From assembly GCA_001800285.1 (NCBI GenBank), contig MGVC01000005.1:18476-82475 (forward strand): a stretch of DNA of 64,000 nucleotides. The letters are read 5' to 3'. Positions 20,101 through 26,192 of the stretch are shown one piece after another (within the stretch, counting starts at the first letter, position 1; each line of letters starts with the position of its first letter). The stretch comes from Elusimicrobia bacterium RIFOXYA2_FULL_39_19. Its GTDB lineage: Bacteria; Elusimicrobiota; Endomicrobiia; CG1-02-37-114; XYA2-FULL-39-19. A model generated the notes under the pieces. It searched no databases. It had not been told where the DNA came from and saw nothing but the letters and a program-made list of their open reading frames with translations. A program made the position numbers and the translations under genes.

Positions 20101-20917
20101 GTGTAACTAAATTCGGATAAACCCTTATTTCAGAACTTGTACCGGTTGATAACCAGATATCGTTGCCATTATAATTAAGAGCTTCTGTTGGATATGCTTT
20201 TACATAATGCGTTGCATAACCTGTCAGACCTGCCATTTCTGCATTAAAAACAGTTATGGTTGTTATACTTGAACCATTAATCAAACAAACATAATTTGTT
20301 TTTGATCCATATTGATCGGTAGATTCAACATACACTATGGGGTTTGCGTCAGAAATAGTATTCCATTGTAAATCTGTGGCTTTTATTGTTATGGCAAATG
20401 GTTGGCCTGCAGTAAATCTTGAAATCGGTGTTCCTGATTTTCCAGTTGAAGAACCCGGATTTTGTGTTTCGCCGGGAACTAAAATAAGCAACTTTGATGG
20501 ATCGGAAAGCGGGTAGGCTGTTGTATTATTTGAAACACCTGAAAATAATTCCAAGGGTCCTGAAGAGACCCAGATTCTAAAATAGTATAACTTATCGCTT
20601 TGAAGGCCTGTTATTACGTAATTCTGTCTGTTCCCGGAATTAACAGAACCTGTTGATAATACCAGATTTCCGCTTGTGCCCGTACTCCAGGCAATACTTT
20701 CAAAAGTTGATTTTTGAATTTCATACCTGCTCCCAACGGGTATAGTAAATGGGCCTGGATAGGTCCAAATTAAACGGACCTCATAAGAGTTCTGACCGGT
20801 AACAGCCGAAAGATCAGTTACCGCTAAAGATTGAGCAAATATGTTTTGAATACTTATAACAAGTATAAGAATACAAAACATAATTCTGATATTTATCACT
20901 TTATTCTTAAACATCAT
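8183..20917 (-). CDS. Giant (4244 aa) secreted repeat protein with T9SS C-terminal sorting domain (adhesin/surface-layer-like)
   Basis: Single uninterrupted 12.7-kb ORF. N-terminal signal peptide MMFKNKVINIRIMFCILILVISIQNIFAQS. Roughly 8 tandem ~110-aa repeats containing L-x-I-L-x-PGE-T...GKTG...QTAG-x-F-x-VTV-x-A-x-D-x-(W/Y)-N. Later modules with recurring [YF][FY]I[TA]YD(I/V)S motif. C-terminus VYPNPY...KIYIYTVSGELVFDS...GTFNWDVKNNNGSELASGGYLAVIVSSTGERKVFKLGIIK matches the Por_Secre_tail/T9SS CTD pattern. Ser/Thr/Gly/Asn/Tyr-rich. Confidence 0.85.
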   Translation of the reverse strand: MMFKNKVINIRIMFCILILVISIQNIFAQSLAVTDLSAVTGQNSYEVRLIWTYPGPFTIPVGSRYEIQKSTFESIAWSTGTSGNLVLSTGSVNSGNRQNYVITGLQSDKLYYFRIWVSSGPLELFSGVSNNTTAYPLSDPSKLLILVPGETQNPGSSTGKSGTPISRFTAGQPFAITIKATDLQWNTISDANPIVYVESTDQYGSKTNYVCLINGSSITTITVFNAEMAGLTGYATHYVKAYPTEALNYNGNDIWLSTGTSSEIRVYPNLVTRYHVILPNEVPAPGKPPYGENVTQQPIGDGTGGKNYSVSFQTAGVVFPVTVRVTDNYYNLCSTAVMGGVSVTVTDPYCSYSRSQGLTMGQNVWNNVMMNTASTWTVRATGSLGTYDSNIVNIIPGSAKRLRILAPGELPDAGNISTRGRMSNNYPTSHKAGESFNVTVDACDDYYNSVTTTGINVSIITDDLYDTHPSTKTLFSGTTTFGITLVTKKNTIITATTDYCSNYKYDYTQSIAITTNVPYRIQILVPGETHVDGKVTGSQPGKTEASNPTAQVAGVGFKTTVLCLDQCYNQTDENPTLTLMSDGADGDPNDPQVTGRSIWVSNGQYILDDSEKWVFSTSSNTGWRIRMSAFSWVEGEGYPGIMVNSQPSSKVPVVSNTASKLLVLLPGQNFDMNSPYGKTGSPSQQTAGAPFDVTVAITDSNFNIVSGAEGTIVLYTPTDPYNVEPAQITITGTDPGYKTASFTTGLKRAATYHYAVAEELYGTYTKYPNSAPDYTVSTFTVLPGTPNHLQIILPGETPAWGLNVSTANGKTGSPVTQTAGTVFEVTVNLVDNYYNTYNKGIFPSLPGITMPEVTVETNDPYDANSSTSPLGDISASNTFQIQLKTAATWHMLWTKDVDGSDPRYITDVSSRQFTVNPSSPAFLLVVVPGETHVPGKWNIAPYGRTDTQPTVHTAGDAFNIDVVLTDIWYNRIMSGVDMPSCTVTTWDYQDSEPTIQCLAFGSRAFSVRPLTASSSWTCVSVDWSTAAVKYTSKESSQIRIWPDAAYYMQGTSYIDPVRGSTWAYAGSDYNVRINVKDRYHNICSTGSTRYTGEVQFLAEIAPTDFDNSLQNPEPLPGSGGEHYVFTDADAGSHLFTIQLKKAGTRWINWRQSTDSLIDANRSGYSNRPVIEVRPGDPSKFAFAIPSPWTDPIYVKAGISGGVPNRQQVKAFIADSYENQVSSSNISAVLSVVDVFGSSGTIKDASGNVITSTTTDSNGEVGGLGKELYYEVSTTGGHYAKVQVSTAAGATITGKSVNIMTTGGDLYRFQFVTTPSDIEASAGNIKSTVFTFEKRDYWNNPTGETNIVSLSIGTQLKTDSPSVLNSQKKYWNKTTDTMLSMYDVAIPIWSAAVWPVPAANSQASFRYSDMYASWPAGEDGSQGTATAALPARPSIGKWTASVEYGIYVGSTTFNVNPGAITQVGFDVIPSTTLPLLAGIVYNNQNSLQVLEIETQDTYGNPKAVNVDTTMNLQSDSGAGNSLRIDYLHRLTFESEVDTIATTEYGRNYSFSLTSSPWMHTSTASISAGQYATQFWYADTKASKTYPPYNIAASTMPHVKASSGSWETPGSGQYVPITASPIKKLAIISSHQILAAGTTSSAFLLQTQDKFSNPSPVITGEEVMSIFDLNSTGTGNVRFASPNITSGWVAKPAVDIVTLNIGDDTTSFYMIDTNLGNFQITAQNPAKTDWAVAVQTYSVVAGNPHHFVFITESRRLIAGTTIAYTGSGNLGSVVSTYSVQGYNPFSSAVLPVPLSSYSNRVQTVTVITIQLRDQSDNVTISSDATSIVYTCTNSTSARAGENPLKNLMLSADWPSICEGGFLPGIIPPGSSEHSIYFFDTKAGTSTLRAEGTCGSIQLVSATQNQYITPAPARFFTIHHSYPLTNPLPVNSNGTVTVKARDRFGNVASGDSTNGQYYKGIIKFAHTGSTTAVTLRAMPGSATYYAYTESDSGVWQGLQVINQMQESLKISATHYASPVTQALDYPADGVVYGWTNDSTRVETAHSDANLVTSGIKVTPILDPENLLRGSNYLSRVISKKVYQGDGDIVENFQPFGMAGLTMVTLPVEANLTEKLEQIKVEKFGNTPSSSISKMSLYYDASGNYYFDPELVSGGQPTDTKLCDAEYDAGTDAWYFRNLSVKPEVSVNTLPKTYFIAVRIATSATTGTYFGLRLQSYQSIQTSGTIGVSQANFEIVTTTWAVEKSPPKVYAQLTDIAAYYQLEGTTQPITYSYMQQGESDIGMLRVAFSAPMFQGAISEIKVGRTGTGQDYDIVGVKIYMDGKDSSPNDGRIDAGSNPNGALEPGGDDALTNWVPFTDRSAQCMLSTPQLIDCTSRYFFITYKIENSATPGYTHGAQINGITLLEGAMQSYASIESTKVVVTATVDELNVYNVNKQETSVSSVNFTVTGVVTQGDANITVMKLTMATVQRTGLWGGLKLDRSIYRNATSGVPEGTLSLPTDVDKIQLWYDSNNDGMFEVTDSMVVDQNPQFSLMEFPVSELAESINESASVIEVADIGVFFPPFCSVPKAPGKLIIDDNGDPSKLEIVTYTGVDEDNNLFTGVVRGQDKTTAKSHTSGAIVSGPARLDIVGDVSGVQEIRQTPKNYFITFDYSPVCTVDASLKLGVEIPSTGYFTINSPDYMGNVQAQVGLRSPRNNQWIGTEWAATGWTESYVSQVKEYPDDVLVKPTDYIYTQYLVQGSVDNVMAQFTLETDLSEALWYAIRIYSTGTASYDGGAVQEEVPVVKVWYDANNDRMLNKSPVTPYFYAGTDYDVLVGSGTFSNAGDALATLIRFNSSKVQEIITAARAGVAKSQRYFITYDISETALTTNPRTGDPKNLGVRLTAESFPTDEDNLVQTEDDFISEPDNLDDIGLPWKSTLKTIASSPRTIFVKSAPIFSDDDPKETGTLSTYEVPRLSGNLSAGADVLYLFSNDSLGRPTPTLAIPASGYAVIESEIIKYTGKTANSITGITRGVLGSFAASHSSGVVFGVQVTQGVKNFAVEKLDLWADGFQVEMGTITITRTTPSYLLFGADSDLLNIKVYRDDNGNSRLDRFASPEYRGIVTADTLVGSGVYDNSRGRLYLNDPAINRGYILVTTTPTAYFITYDVSPSAKFSHPLISWQNEIIGAEITGEDKIGVNHPSEEMRHRVSTYVPIGLGEIPAFPIKTANMPIVATVDTVYITPSSELMSTVERYAENVPVIQLSMKTNRNTALWESIKVNLTGTGVDADVSKIKIWKVITSTSEYSVFESTVMINSQPCGLITYGSDTFTEKAATLLLKTEDNYYDARTITATLQTYYLTYDISQFAQISKTVGASILDKTYFTVQVPDGVEFLWPTAPFITQTAEIKEVQVAVSATVSDSAYYVHFASGAFQSQSNVEMMRLKLRTDKSNCNWDAIQVERTGTGGPLDQTKPEGRNSDVKYIKIFRDANYNNILDADDQCISEAETKISSLCSDGVYYNYISIYTPLPFDLIVESTITLTGTFPTGQQQLLVKAGDEIMRYSLAGTTITPTGPKPFLRIVERGKYGTVRKQLNSGDLIKKVDMFDLSNDLSKTKMIYLTNIQKLNPSNQTYFIAYDMGDNAVAGNTIGLKIPDSGWIKLRLPHDVSPLLVLETNTGVQLGNSTSFDYCKTSLLPVTPIGLIVKSENYAPVYTKYGSKNVPLMLLRLKTNTNHALLTNITLKQTGTVETSLIPGKGQGDFSCLSIWKEATSAAFPYGDGKFDATTDVFISSIPHSTGANPNMNFVSGMASLSIESTGLYISTAEVKLYIVGDVGYTDLSMNSTENDYTGIRLEEFSGLTIVPQTMVSDKNNTFPYKSSEFRITNISNYVDLPKVEITAPKEGEKISGNRITLTSEITSGESSDIRYVYFQYRKASEDEWHNIYSTGSLFTNPDATYPYNYFWDVSNESDFLQGNYQLRCVAYDKTGNYDNNPETVNVVIDRISPDMEEKIQNGVPEKTQKIYNNVENSIKLADINKKHFTEIIIPEGALSGSFDLVKVAINPLSIPSSDRKYKSAGMFRSIELASGQKTLLKNVTIIIAYADEDNDGIIDDTDMREENIKILYYDESSRIWKKDSETTVDKINNTASIQVGHFSLFGIFAAASNNLDNVLVYPNPYVPYDGADDNGIPYSQGNSQSGIVFENLTEAVKIYIYTVSGELVFDSYIESSGTFNWDVKNNNGSELASGGYLAVIVSSTGERKVFKLGIIK

Positions 20918-21129
20918 TTTTCCTCAAATACCTACCCCGTGCAGTTTTCATCCTGATCTATCCTTTTACAATAGGATATCTGGATATTGCTCATAAAAAA
21001 AAACAATTTGAAAACTATCGCAGGGGTAAAGTGAAAACGATATCCTGTGAACAAAGATGTTTGGAATACAGGGTAAACGTCACACATGCATCCATCCGCG
21101 GGCGATCCCGTGAAAGTCTGCTGCCGTTT

Positions 21130-21166
21130 AAAAAACCGAGTGAAAGCATTGGAAAATGCCACTCGG
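21130..21166 (-). terminator. Intrinsic terminator hairpin plus U-tract in leader of giant gene (possible riboswitch expression platform, or 3' terminator of the hydrogenase operon)
   Basis: Minus-strand CCGAGTG-GCATT-TTCC-AATGC-TTT-CACTCGG followed by TTTTTT (7-bp + 5-bp stems with bulge). Confidence 0.5.
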
Positions 21167-21238
21167 TTGAGTTTACGACACTGTAACCTTACTGCGGTTT
21201 TTGGCGGCCTGGCGGTCATTGGACATTCCTCTTTTTTA

Positions 21239-21330
21239 GGCGTCTGCGCTTCAACTCCCTAGAACCGTTGGAGTCAGGCGTCCTTTAGACCCATAGCTTT
21301 GCGCCCGTCGGTTTCCCGGCGTTTGCTTTT
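21239..21330 (-). promoter_or_regulatory. Candidate c-di-GMP-I (GEMM) riboswitch aptamer upstream of giant T9SS protein gene
   Basis: Minus-strand AAGCAAAC-GCCGG-GAAA-CCGAC-GGGCGCAAAGCT-ATGGGTCTAAAGG... aligns with Vc2 GEMM core GGGCAAAC-CAUUC-GAAA-GAGUGG-GACGCAAAGCC (GCAAAC, 5-bp P-stem with GAAA tetraloop, then CGCAAAGC junction). Tetraloop-receptor-like TATGG/CTAAAGG follows. A -35 TTGACA lies just upstream and a terminator hairpin ~70 nt downstream. Confidence 0.4.
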
Positions 21331-21514
21331 ATCAATTTTTGTCAGTTTTGGTTTTGTAGAGCCAAGGTAATTTGTGCTTTTTGTCACACCCTGATATGTA
21401 TATAGTATGGAAAGATAGTAAAGTCAAGGCTTATTTACATAAACTTTACCGATGATTACTGCGGATTTGGGGTTTTAGGATTTGAGGTGACTAAAATTTC
21501 TGCTATTTGGTGTG

Positions 21515-22177
21515 TTATTTTATGCCGTATTCATCAAAAAGATGAACCTGATGGCGGCATTTGGGGCATGATATTTTGAAGATGTCCGGCCTTGCAATGT
21601 CTTTTATTTCGGTTTTGGGTTTATTGTTTTGGCTTAAATCCATTGATTGCTGGTAGGTTGAAAAAAGCGCGTAATTTCCGTAAGCCATGTGGCCTAATTT
21701 ATTAAACACCCACAGCAACTGGCTTATAGGGGCAATTACAGTGCTGCATTTTTCACACAGGAGCAGTTCTTTTTCTACGCCGGAAAATAGCGTTTTTCTG
21801 TCAAAGGTTGCCAGGTCAAATTCTGTATTGGAAAGTTTTACGCCTTTCTGCGTGGTGCATAGGCGCTCGCACTGCCCGCAGAATACACAAAGGTCATAAT
21901 GCCAGATTATACTGCGGTTAAAAACACCATCATTATCAGCAGATTCTTTTACTTCTATGGCCTGTGCCGGGCAGACTTCTGCGCAGGCACCGCAGGCAAT
22001 ACATTCATCCTGATTAGGGATAGGTTTACCGCGGAATCTTTTTTCCGGGACGTGCGGTTCATAAGGGAACCTTGAAGTATAGGGCCCTTTGATTAACGCT
22101 TTTATTGCTTCGCCAAGTTCTCTAAGTTTTGGATATCTCATATAAGTATTAACGCTGAACGCTAAATTGAAAATCAA
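21515..22177 (-). CDS. NuoI/HycF/MbhN-like 2x[4Fe-4S] ferredoxin subunit of membrane-bound hydrogenase
   Basis: CIACGACAEVCP and CVFCGQCERLC 4Fe-4S motifs; 220 aa; last gene of the operon. Confidence 0.75.
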   Translation of the reverse strand: MIFNLAFSVNTYMRYPKLRELGEAIKALIKGPYTSRFPYEPHVPEKRFRGKPIPNQDECIACGACAEVCPAQAIEVKESADNDGVFNRSIIWHYDLCVFCGQCERLCTTQKGVKLSNTEFDLATFDRKTLFSGVEKELLLCEKCSTVIAPISQLLWVFNKLGHMAYGNYALFSTYQQSMDLSQNNKPKTEIKDIARPDIFKISCPKCRHQVHLFDEYGIK

Positions 22178-22200
22178 TAAATATAAAACCTACAATAAAG

Positions 22201-22518
22201 TTATTTGTCTTTTTCATAATGGTCACAGACTGATTTTTCCCACGGCTTTACGCCGGAAAGATGTGCGGCGCGTGAAATAGCGTGGGCAGATACCGGCGCT
22301 GTAAGCAGTAAAAATAATGCGCAAAATATTGCTTTTATACCCACATCAGTAAATCCGTGGATTACAAATACGCCCAGCATAATGCCGCAGGTGCCGAACG
22401 TTACACATTTTATTGAGGCATGAAGCCGGTTATATAAATCCGGAAGCCTTACTAAACCCAAGCAGCCAATAAAATCAAAGGTTATCCCTATTCCTATAAA
22501 TATATACCCTATTAAATC
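22201..22518 (-). CDS. mrpG: Mrp antiporter subunit G (MnhG/MrpG)-like
   Basis: GLVRLPDLYNRLHASIKCVTFGT matches the MnhG signature. Start chosen at MIDLIGY so that ATG overlaps the mrpF stop (ATGA); the track ORF extends further upstream to 22569. Confidence 0.7.
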   Translation of the reverse strand, partial: DLIGYIFIGIGITFDFIGCLGLVRLPDLYNRLHASIKCVTFGTCGIMLGVFVIHGFTDVGIKAIFCALFLLLTAPVSAHAISRAAHLSGVKPWEKSVCDHYEKDK

Positions 22519-22852
22519 AATCATCAAATTTTTTCCCCTCAAGATATTTTGCCAGGGCAATAGTTGCAATAAAAGACTGCAGCGCCCACGCTATGGCTAT
22601 TTCAATAAAAAATATTTTATCTGTAAATACCGTTAAAACTCCGCAAAAACCTATGACCAGAATACCCAGAATATCTATGGCTACTACGCGGTCCGCCGGG
22701 GTTGGCCCCTTGTAAATCCTCCACAGGCATAATATACAAGAAGGAATAAGAAAGTTCACCATTCTCATAAGAGGTGAAAACTCATATTTCAGATTTACGG
22801 CTATTATCAACGCTATAAGTATCAGCCCTATAAACCAGCGTAATAATTTCAT
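22517..22852 (-). CDS. mrpF: Mrp antiporter subunit F (MnhF/MrpF)-like
   Basis: Small 3-TM protein with YKGPTPADRVVAIDILG motif typical of MrpF/PhaF. Confidence 0.7.
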   Translation of the reverse strand: MKLLRWFIGLILIALIIAVNLKYEFSPLMRMVNFLIPSCILCLWRIYKGPTPADRVVAIDILGILVIGFCGVLTVFTDKIFFIEIAIAWALQSFIATIALAKYLEGKKFDD

Positions 22853-22863
22853 TTTATATACCT

Positions 22864-23358
22864 TTATTCAAATATTTTTCCCAATATTTTTTCGTATTTG
22901 CCTATTATTATTTCTGTTGCTTTATCAATATCTTCGGTTTCCACGTTCATCCAGTGAACATAGAGATAACCGTTTTCACTGTCTACGTCTACGGTGAAAG
23001 TGCCGGGGGTAAGCGTGATTGTGTTTGCCAGATAAGTCAGGGCAGAATCACTGCGTAAATTTGTTTTTACTTTTACAATACCGGGTTTTATAGGAAGGCC
23101 CGGGTGCAGTATTCTGTAGGCGCCGTCAATATTTCCTTTTACCATTTCCCATATAAATACCCATATATAATAAACCGCCCATATATATCTTGCATGCTGT
23201 TTGAATTTCCAGGGGTTACGAGTTAATATATCGCCTACAGCCCAGGCAATAAATAAACTGATAATAACACCTGTCAGTAAATACTGCCAGTCTAAAGACC
23301 AGGTAAGGGCTACCCAGAAAACAAATGCCAATAGAAATGATAACGCTCTGCTTTTCAT
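22864..23358 (-). CDS. mrpE: Mrp antiporter subunit E (MnhE/MrpE)-like
   Basis: ANTITLTPGTFTVDVD matches the conserved MnhE ITLTPGT motif; 164 aa. Confidence 0.7.
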   Translation of the reverse strand: MKSRALSFLLAFVFWVALTWSLDWQYLLTGVIISLFIAWAVGDILTRNPWKFKQHARYIWAVYYIWVFIWEMVKGNIDGAYRILHPGLPIKPGIVKVKTNLRSDSALTYLANTITLTPGTFTVDVDSENGYLYVHWMNVETEDIDKATEIIIGKYEKILGKIFE

Positions 23359-23372
23359 GACTCGCCTTTTAT

Positions 23373-24845
23373 TTATTTCATAACTGCATCAGCATAACTT
23401 GAACCGTTTATTAATACATTAACTGCCGGGTCAAGCACTATAGCTTTTAAAGCGGGAACGTAAAGCAAACCCAACCCAATACATACCGCCGCTAAAACAA
23501 TCATTGAAACACACATGGATACGGGTGCTTCCTTTATACCTGCCCACTTGCTTTTCAGCTCACCGAAAAACACGTGCTTTTGAAGCTTAAGATAATATGA
23601 CAGGGTAATTATACTTATGATTACGGCAATAAAAGCCCCCATATACTGACCGGCCTGTATGGCGGCAACAATTATCAGCAACTTGCTCCAGAAGCCGCCG
23701 AAGGGCGGTATGCCTGATATGGACATGGAACCTATTATTGAAGTTATGGAAGTAACGGGCATTTTTTTCCCGAAACCGCCCATTTCACGGATATCGCGGA
23801 TATCATCTGCGGCATTTACTACGGCACCGGCAGTCATAAACATTAATGCTTTTGCATAAGCATGGTTTACCAGGTGAAATAAAGCCGCAAAATAACCCAG
23901 CGGCGTACCCAAACCCAAAGCAAAAAAGATATAGCCAATCTGGCTGATGGTTGAATAAGCCAGCATACGTTTAATATCATTCTGATAAACTGCCAGTATA
24001 CCGCCAAGAATAATTGAAGCCGTGCCCATAATCAGAAATGTTTTGCTTATCAGCAGGGTTATACCAAACACGTTAAACATAACGCGCAGTAATGTATAAA
24101 TACCCAGGGATTTTACCAGCACACCGGATAATAATGCTGAAATAGGAGACGGCGCCGAAGAATGTGCGTCAGGCAGCCAGGCATGAAAAGGAACAATGGC
24201 TGATTTCATGCCGGCACCGATTAAAAATAATACAATTACAAAACTAATCAGTTTATTGTCAGGCTTTTGTGCCAATATCTGCGCCATGTCCGCCATATTC
24301 AAAGTTGATGTGTAAGCATAGAGAAGGCAGACACCCATTAGAATAAACAACAAACCAACAGTATTAAGAACCGCATATTTAAAAGATGCTTCCAACTCTT
24401 CTGCGCGAGTACCGAACGCCACCAGTGCATAAGATGCCACGCCGCCTACTTCTATCCAGATAAGCAGGTTGAATAAATCTCCGGTAAGCACTGCTGCGTT
24501 CATACTGGCAAGCATAACCAGATATAGGGCAAAGTAAGTCCATTTTGAAGTATATTTACCTATGTAGCCAATAGAATAATTGGCGGCAACAAAAACAATT
24601 GTATTTATAATAACAAGAATTAAAATGCTTAACCCGTCAGCTACCAGGTTTATGCCCAGAGGCGGCGCCCAGCCGCCGATGTTGTAGGAGGTAAACCCGC
24701 CTTTAATAAGAAGTTTTAACGATAACACCATAAGAACAAAAGTAACCAGCCAGGTTATGGTATAGCTGACTTTTCTGGAATATTTTCCTGTTACGGAAAT
24801 TATAAAAGCGCCTGCTAACGGAATGATTATAAATAAAGGAAGCAT
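23373..24845 (-). CDS. mrpD: MrpD/NuoM/NuoN-family antiporter-like subunit
   Basis: 490-aa polytopic protein with PFHAWLPDAHSSAPSPISALLSGVLVKSLGIY proton-pumping-subunit motif. Confidence 0.75.
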   Translation of the reverse strand: MLPLFIIIPLAGAFIISVTGKYSRKVSYTITWLVTFVLMVLSLKLLIKGGFTSYNIGGWAPPLGINLVADGLSILILVIINTIVFVAANYSIGYIGKYTSKWTYFALYLVMLASMNAAVLTGDLFNLLIWIEVGGVASYALVAFGTRAEELEASFKYAVLNTVGLLFILMGVCLLYAYTSTLNMADMAQILAQKPDNKLISFVIVLFLIGAGMKSAIVPFHAWLPDAHSSAPSPISALLSGVLVKSLGIYTLLRVMFNVFGITLLISKTFLIMGTASIILGGILAVYQNDIKRMLAYSTISQIGYIFFALGLGTPLGYFAALFHLVNHAYAKALMFMTAGAVVNAADDIRDIREMGGFGKKMPVTSITSIIGSMSISGIPPFGGFWSKLLIIVAAIQAGQYMGAFIAVIISIITLSYYLKLQKHVFFGELKSKWAGIKEAPVSMCVSMIVLAAVCIGLGLLYVPALKAIVLDPAVNVLINGSSYADAVMK

Positions 24846-24848
24846 ATT

Positions 24849-25193
24849 TTAACCCTTGAGTTTATTGAGCTCTCTTATGTCATACGTGCCGTACTTATCA
24901 TAAATTCTCATTGCAATTGTTATAAGCAGAAAAGTTACTGCAAGGCTCATGACAACAAGTGTTAATATCATAGCCTGCACTACAGGGTCTACCATGGCAT
25001 CCGGGCGCGGCTCTGTCAGTGAAGTAAACACAGGAATAGTAGCGCCGTTTTTATAACCTACTAAAATAAGAAAGACATTCATGGAGTATTCCATAATGGA
25101 TAAACCAATAATTATTTTTATAAGGTTTCTTTTTATCAGTATTGCATAGAGGCCTAAGGTAAATAGTATAAAAGTAAGAATGTATTCAATCAT
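24849..25193 (-). CDS. mrpC: MrpC/NuoK-like small membrane subunit
   Basis: 114-aa 3-TM protein, position and size as MrpC; ATGA overlap with upstream gene. Confidence 0.65.
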   Translation of the reverse strand: MIEYILTFILFTLGLYAILIKRNLIKIIIGLSIMEYSMNVFLILVGYKNGATIPVFTSLTEPRPDAMVDPVVQAMILTLVVMSLAVTFLLITIAMRIYDKYGTYDIRELNKLKG

Positions 25194-25657
25194 TTTTTAT
25201 CCTCGCTAAGCCTGTAAAATATCAGCGCCAGAAACACGGAAAAAAAACCCGAGGCTACCGCCAGACATATTGCCAGGTTCATCAAAGGCATTATACCGGA
25301 ACTAAAAAGTGAAAATGGTTTTCCTATATAATCTACTCCCGGAGTGCGAAAAAAGTTATACATGAAATAACCTTTTGTCATTCCCAATATTCCCAGAATT
25401 AAAAAGGAAAGAGAACCTAACCCCACAAGAAACTGTATGGTTTTATCTGTTATTCTTTTCATAGCCACTTCTTTACCGAAAGCCAGCATAACGTGCATAT
25501 AAGAAAGAGCCACAATAATTCCGCCGGCAAAGCCGCCGCCGTGCACCAGATGGCCGTTCATAATGAAGTAAATACCAAACAACAGAATAAGCACCACCGT
25601 GTATCTGGTAATAGTTTTCACTATTATGGTCATGCCTTGTTCCGGTTTTTTAATCAT
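25190..25657 (-). CDS. mrpB: MrpB/MnhB-domain subunit
   Basis: GHLVHGGGFAGG matches the MnhB HLTPGGGFQGG motif. Confidence 0.7.
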   Translation of the reverse strand: MIKKPEQGMTIIVKTITRYTVVLILLFGIYFIMNGHLVHGGGFAGGIIVALSYMHVMLAFGKEVAMKRITDKTIQFLVGLGSLSFLILGILGMTKGYFMYNFFRTPGVDYIGKPFSLFSSGIMPLMNLAICLAVASGFFSVFLALIFYRLSEDKK

Positions 25658-25669
25658 ATTTTTTTCCTG

Positions 25670-26191
25670 TTATTGTTTCTCTTTATAGACTTTCTTCCTT
25701 ATAATCATCAGCACCGCAATAATTGAGGCAAACGCTATAGATACCTGTGCCAGCATATCAAAAGCCCTGTAATCAAGAATAATTGCAGATACAATGTTGG
25801 GCACGCCGGTTTGTACAAACCCGTTTTTAAGGTACTCTGAACCTATTTTCATAATAGGAGTTCCGAAACCCGGTATTTCAAGCAGGGCAATGTTAGCAAA
25901 TGTAAGAAAAATACCCATCAGGATAATGCTGATAGTTGTTGCAATAAATCTTCTTTCACGCACGTTTACCTTATCTTTTATTCCTACGGCACGGATAATA
26001 ATAACAAGTGAAAGAATTTCCACTACCAGCTGTAATATTGCCAGATCCGGGGATTGTAATAAAAGAAATACAATGGATAATCCCAGCCCCACTGCGCCAA
26101 TAGCTACCACCGAACCAAGTAAATCAGCCGTACCTATGGCTATAGCGGCCGCAATAATCATAAACACCAGAATAATCTGTATCTGAATCAT
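25670..26191 (-). CDS. MrpA-C-terminal/MnhB-N-terminal-like membrane subunit (DUF4040-like; MbhD/E-equivalent)
   Basis: 173-aa polytopic hydrophobic protein between the NuoL-like and MrpB genes, as in Mbh-type operons. Confidence 0.5.
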   Translation of the reverse strand: MIQIQIILVFMIIAAAIAIGTADLLGSVVAIGAVGLGLSIVFLLLQSPDLAILQLVVEILSLVIIIRAVGIKDKVNVRERRFIATTISIILMGIFLTFANIALLEIPGFGTPIMKIGSEYLKNGFVQTGVPNIVSAIILDYRAFDMLAQVSIAFASIIAVLMIIRKKVYKEKQ

Positions 26192-26192
26192 A

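Noticed and set aside
20932-21219. 95-aa minus-strand ORF
   Set aside because: It falls in the GC-richer leader that carries the terminator hairpin and the putative riboswitch expression platform. The translation is Arg/Cys-rich nonsense and there is no RBS.
22517-22569. 52-nt overlap between track ORFs for MrpF and MrpG
   Set aside because: Resolved by choosing the internal ATG (MIDLIGY), which gives a canonical ATGA overlap. The longer N-terminus is likely not translated.
25190-26191. Two adjacent MrpB-like ORFs considered as a frameshifted single gene (pseudogene)
   Set aside because: Each carries a distinct domain (DUF4040-like vs MnhB with the GGGFxGG motif). The split arrangement is normal for Mbh-type operons (MbhD/E/F-like), and the spacing is clean.
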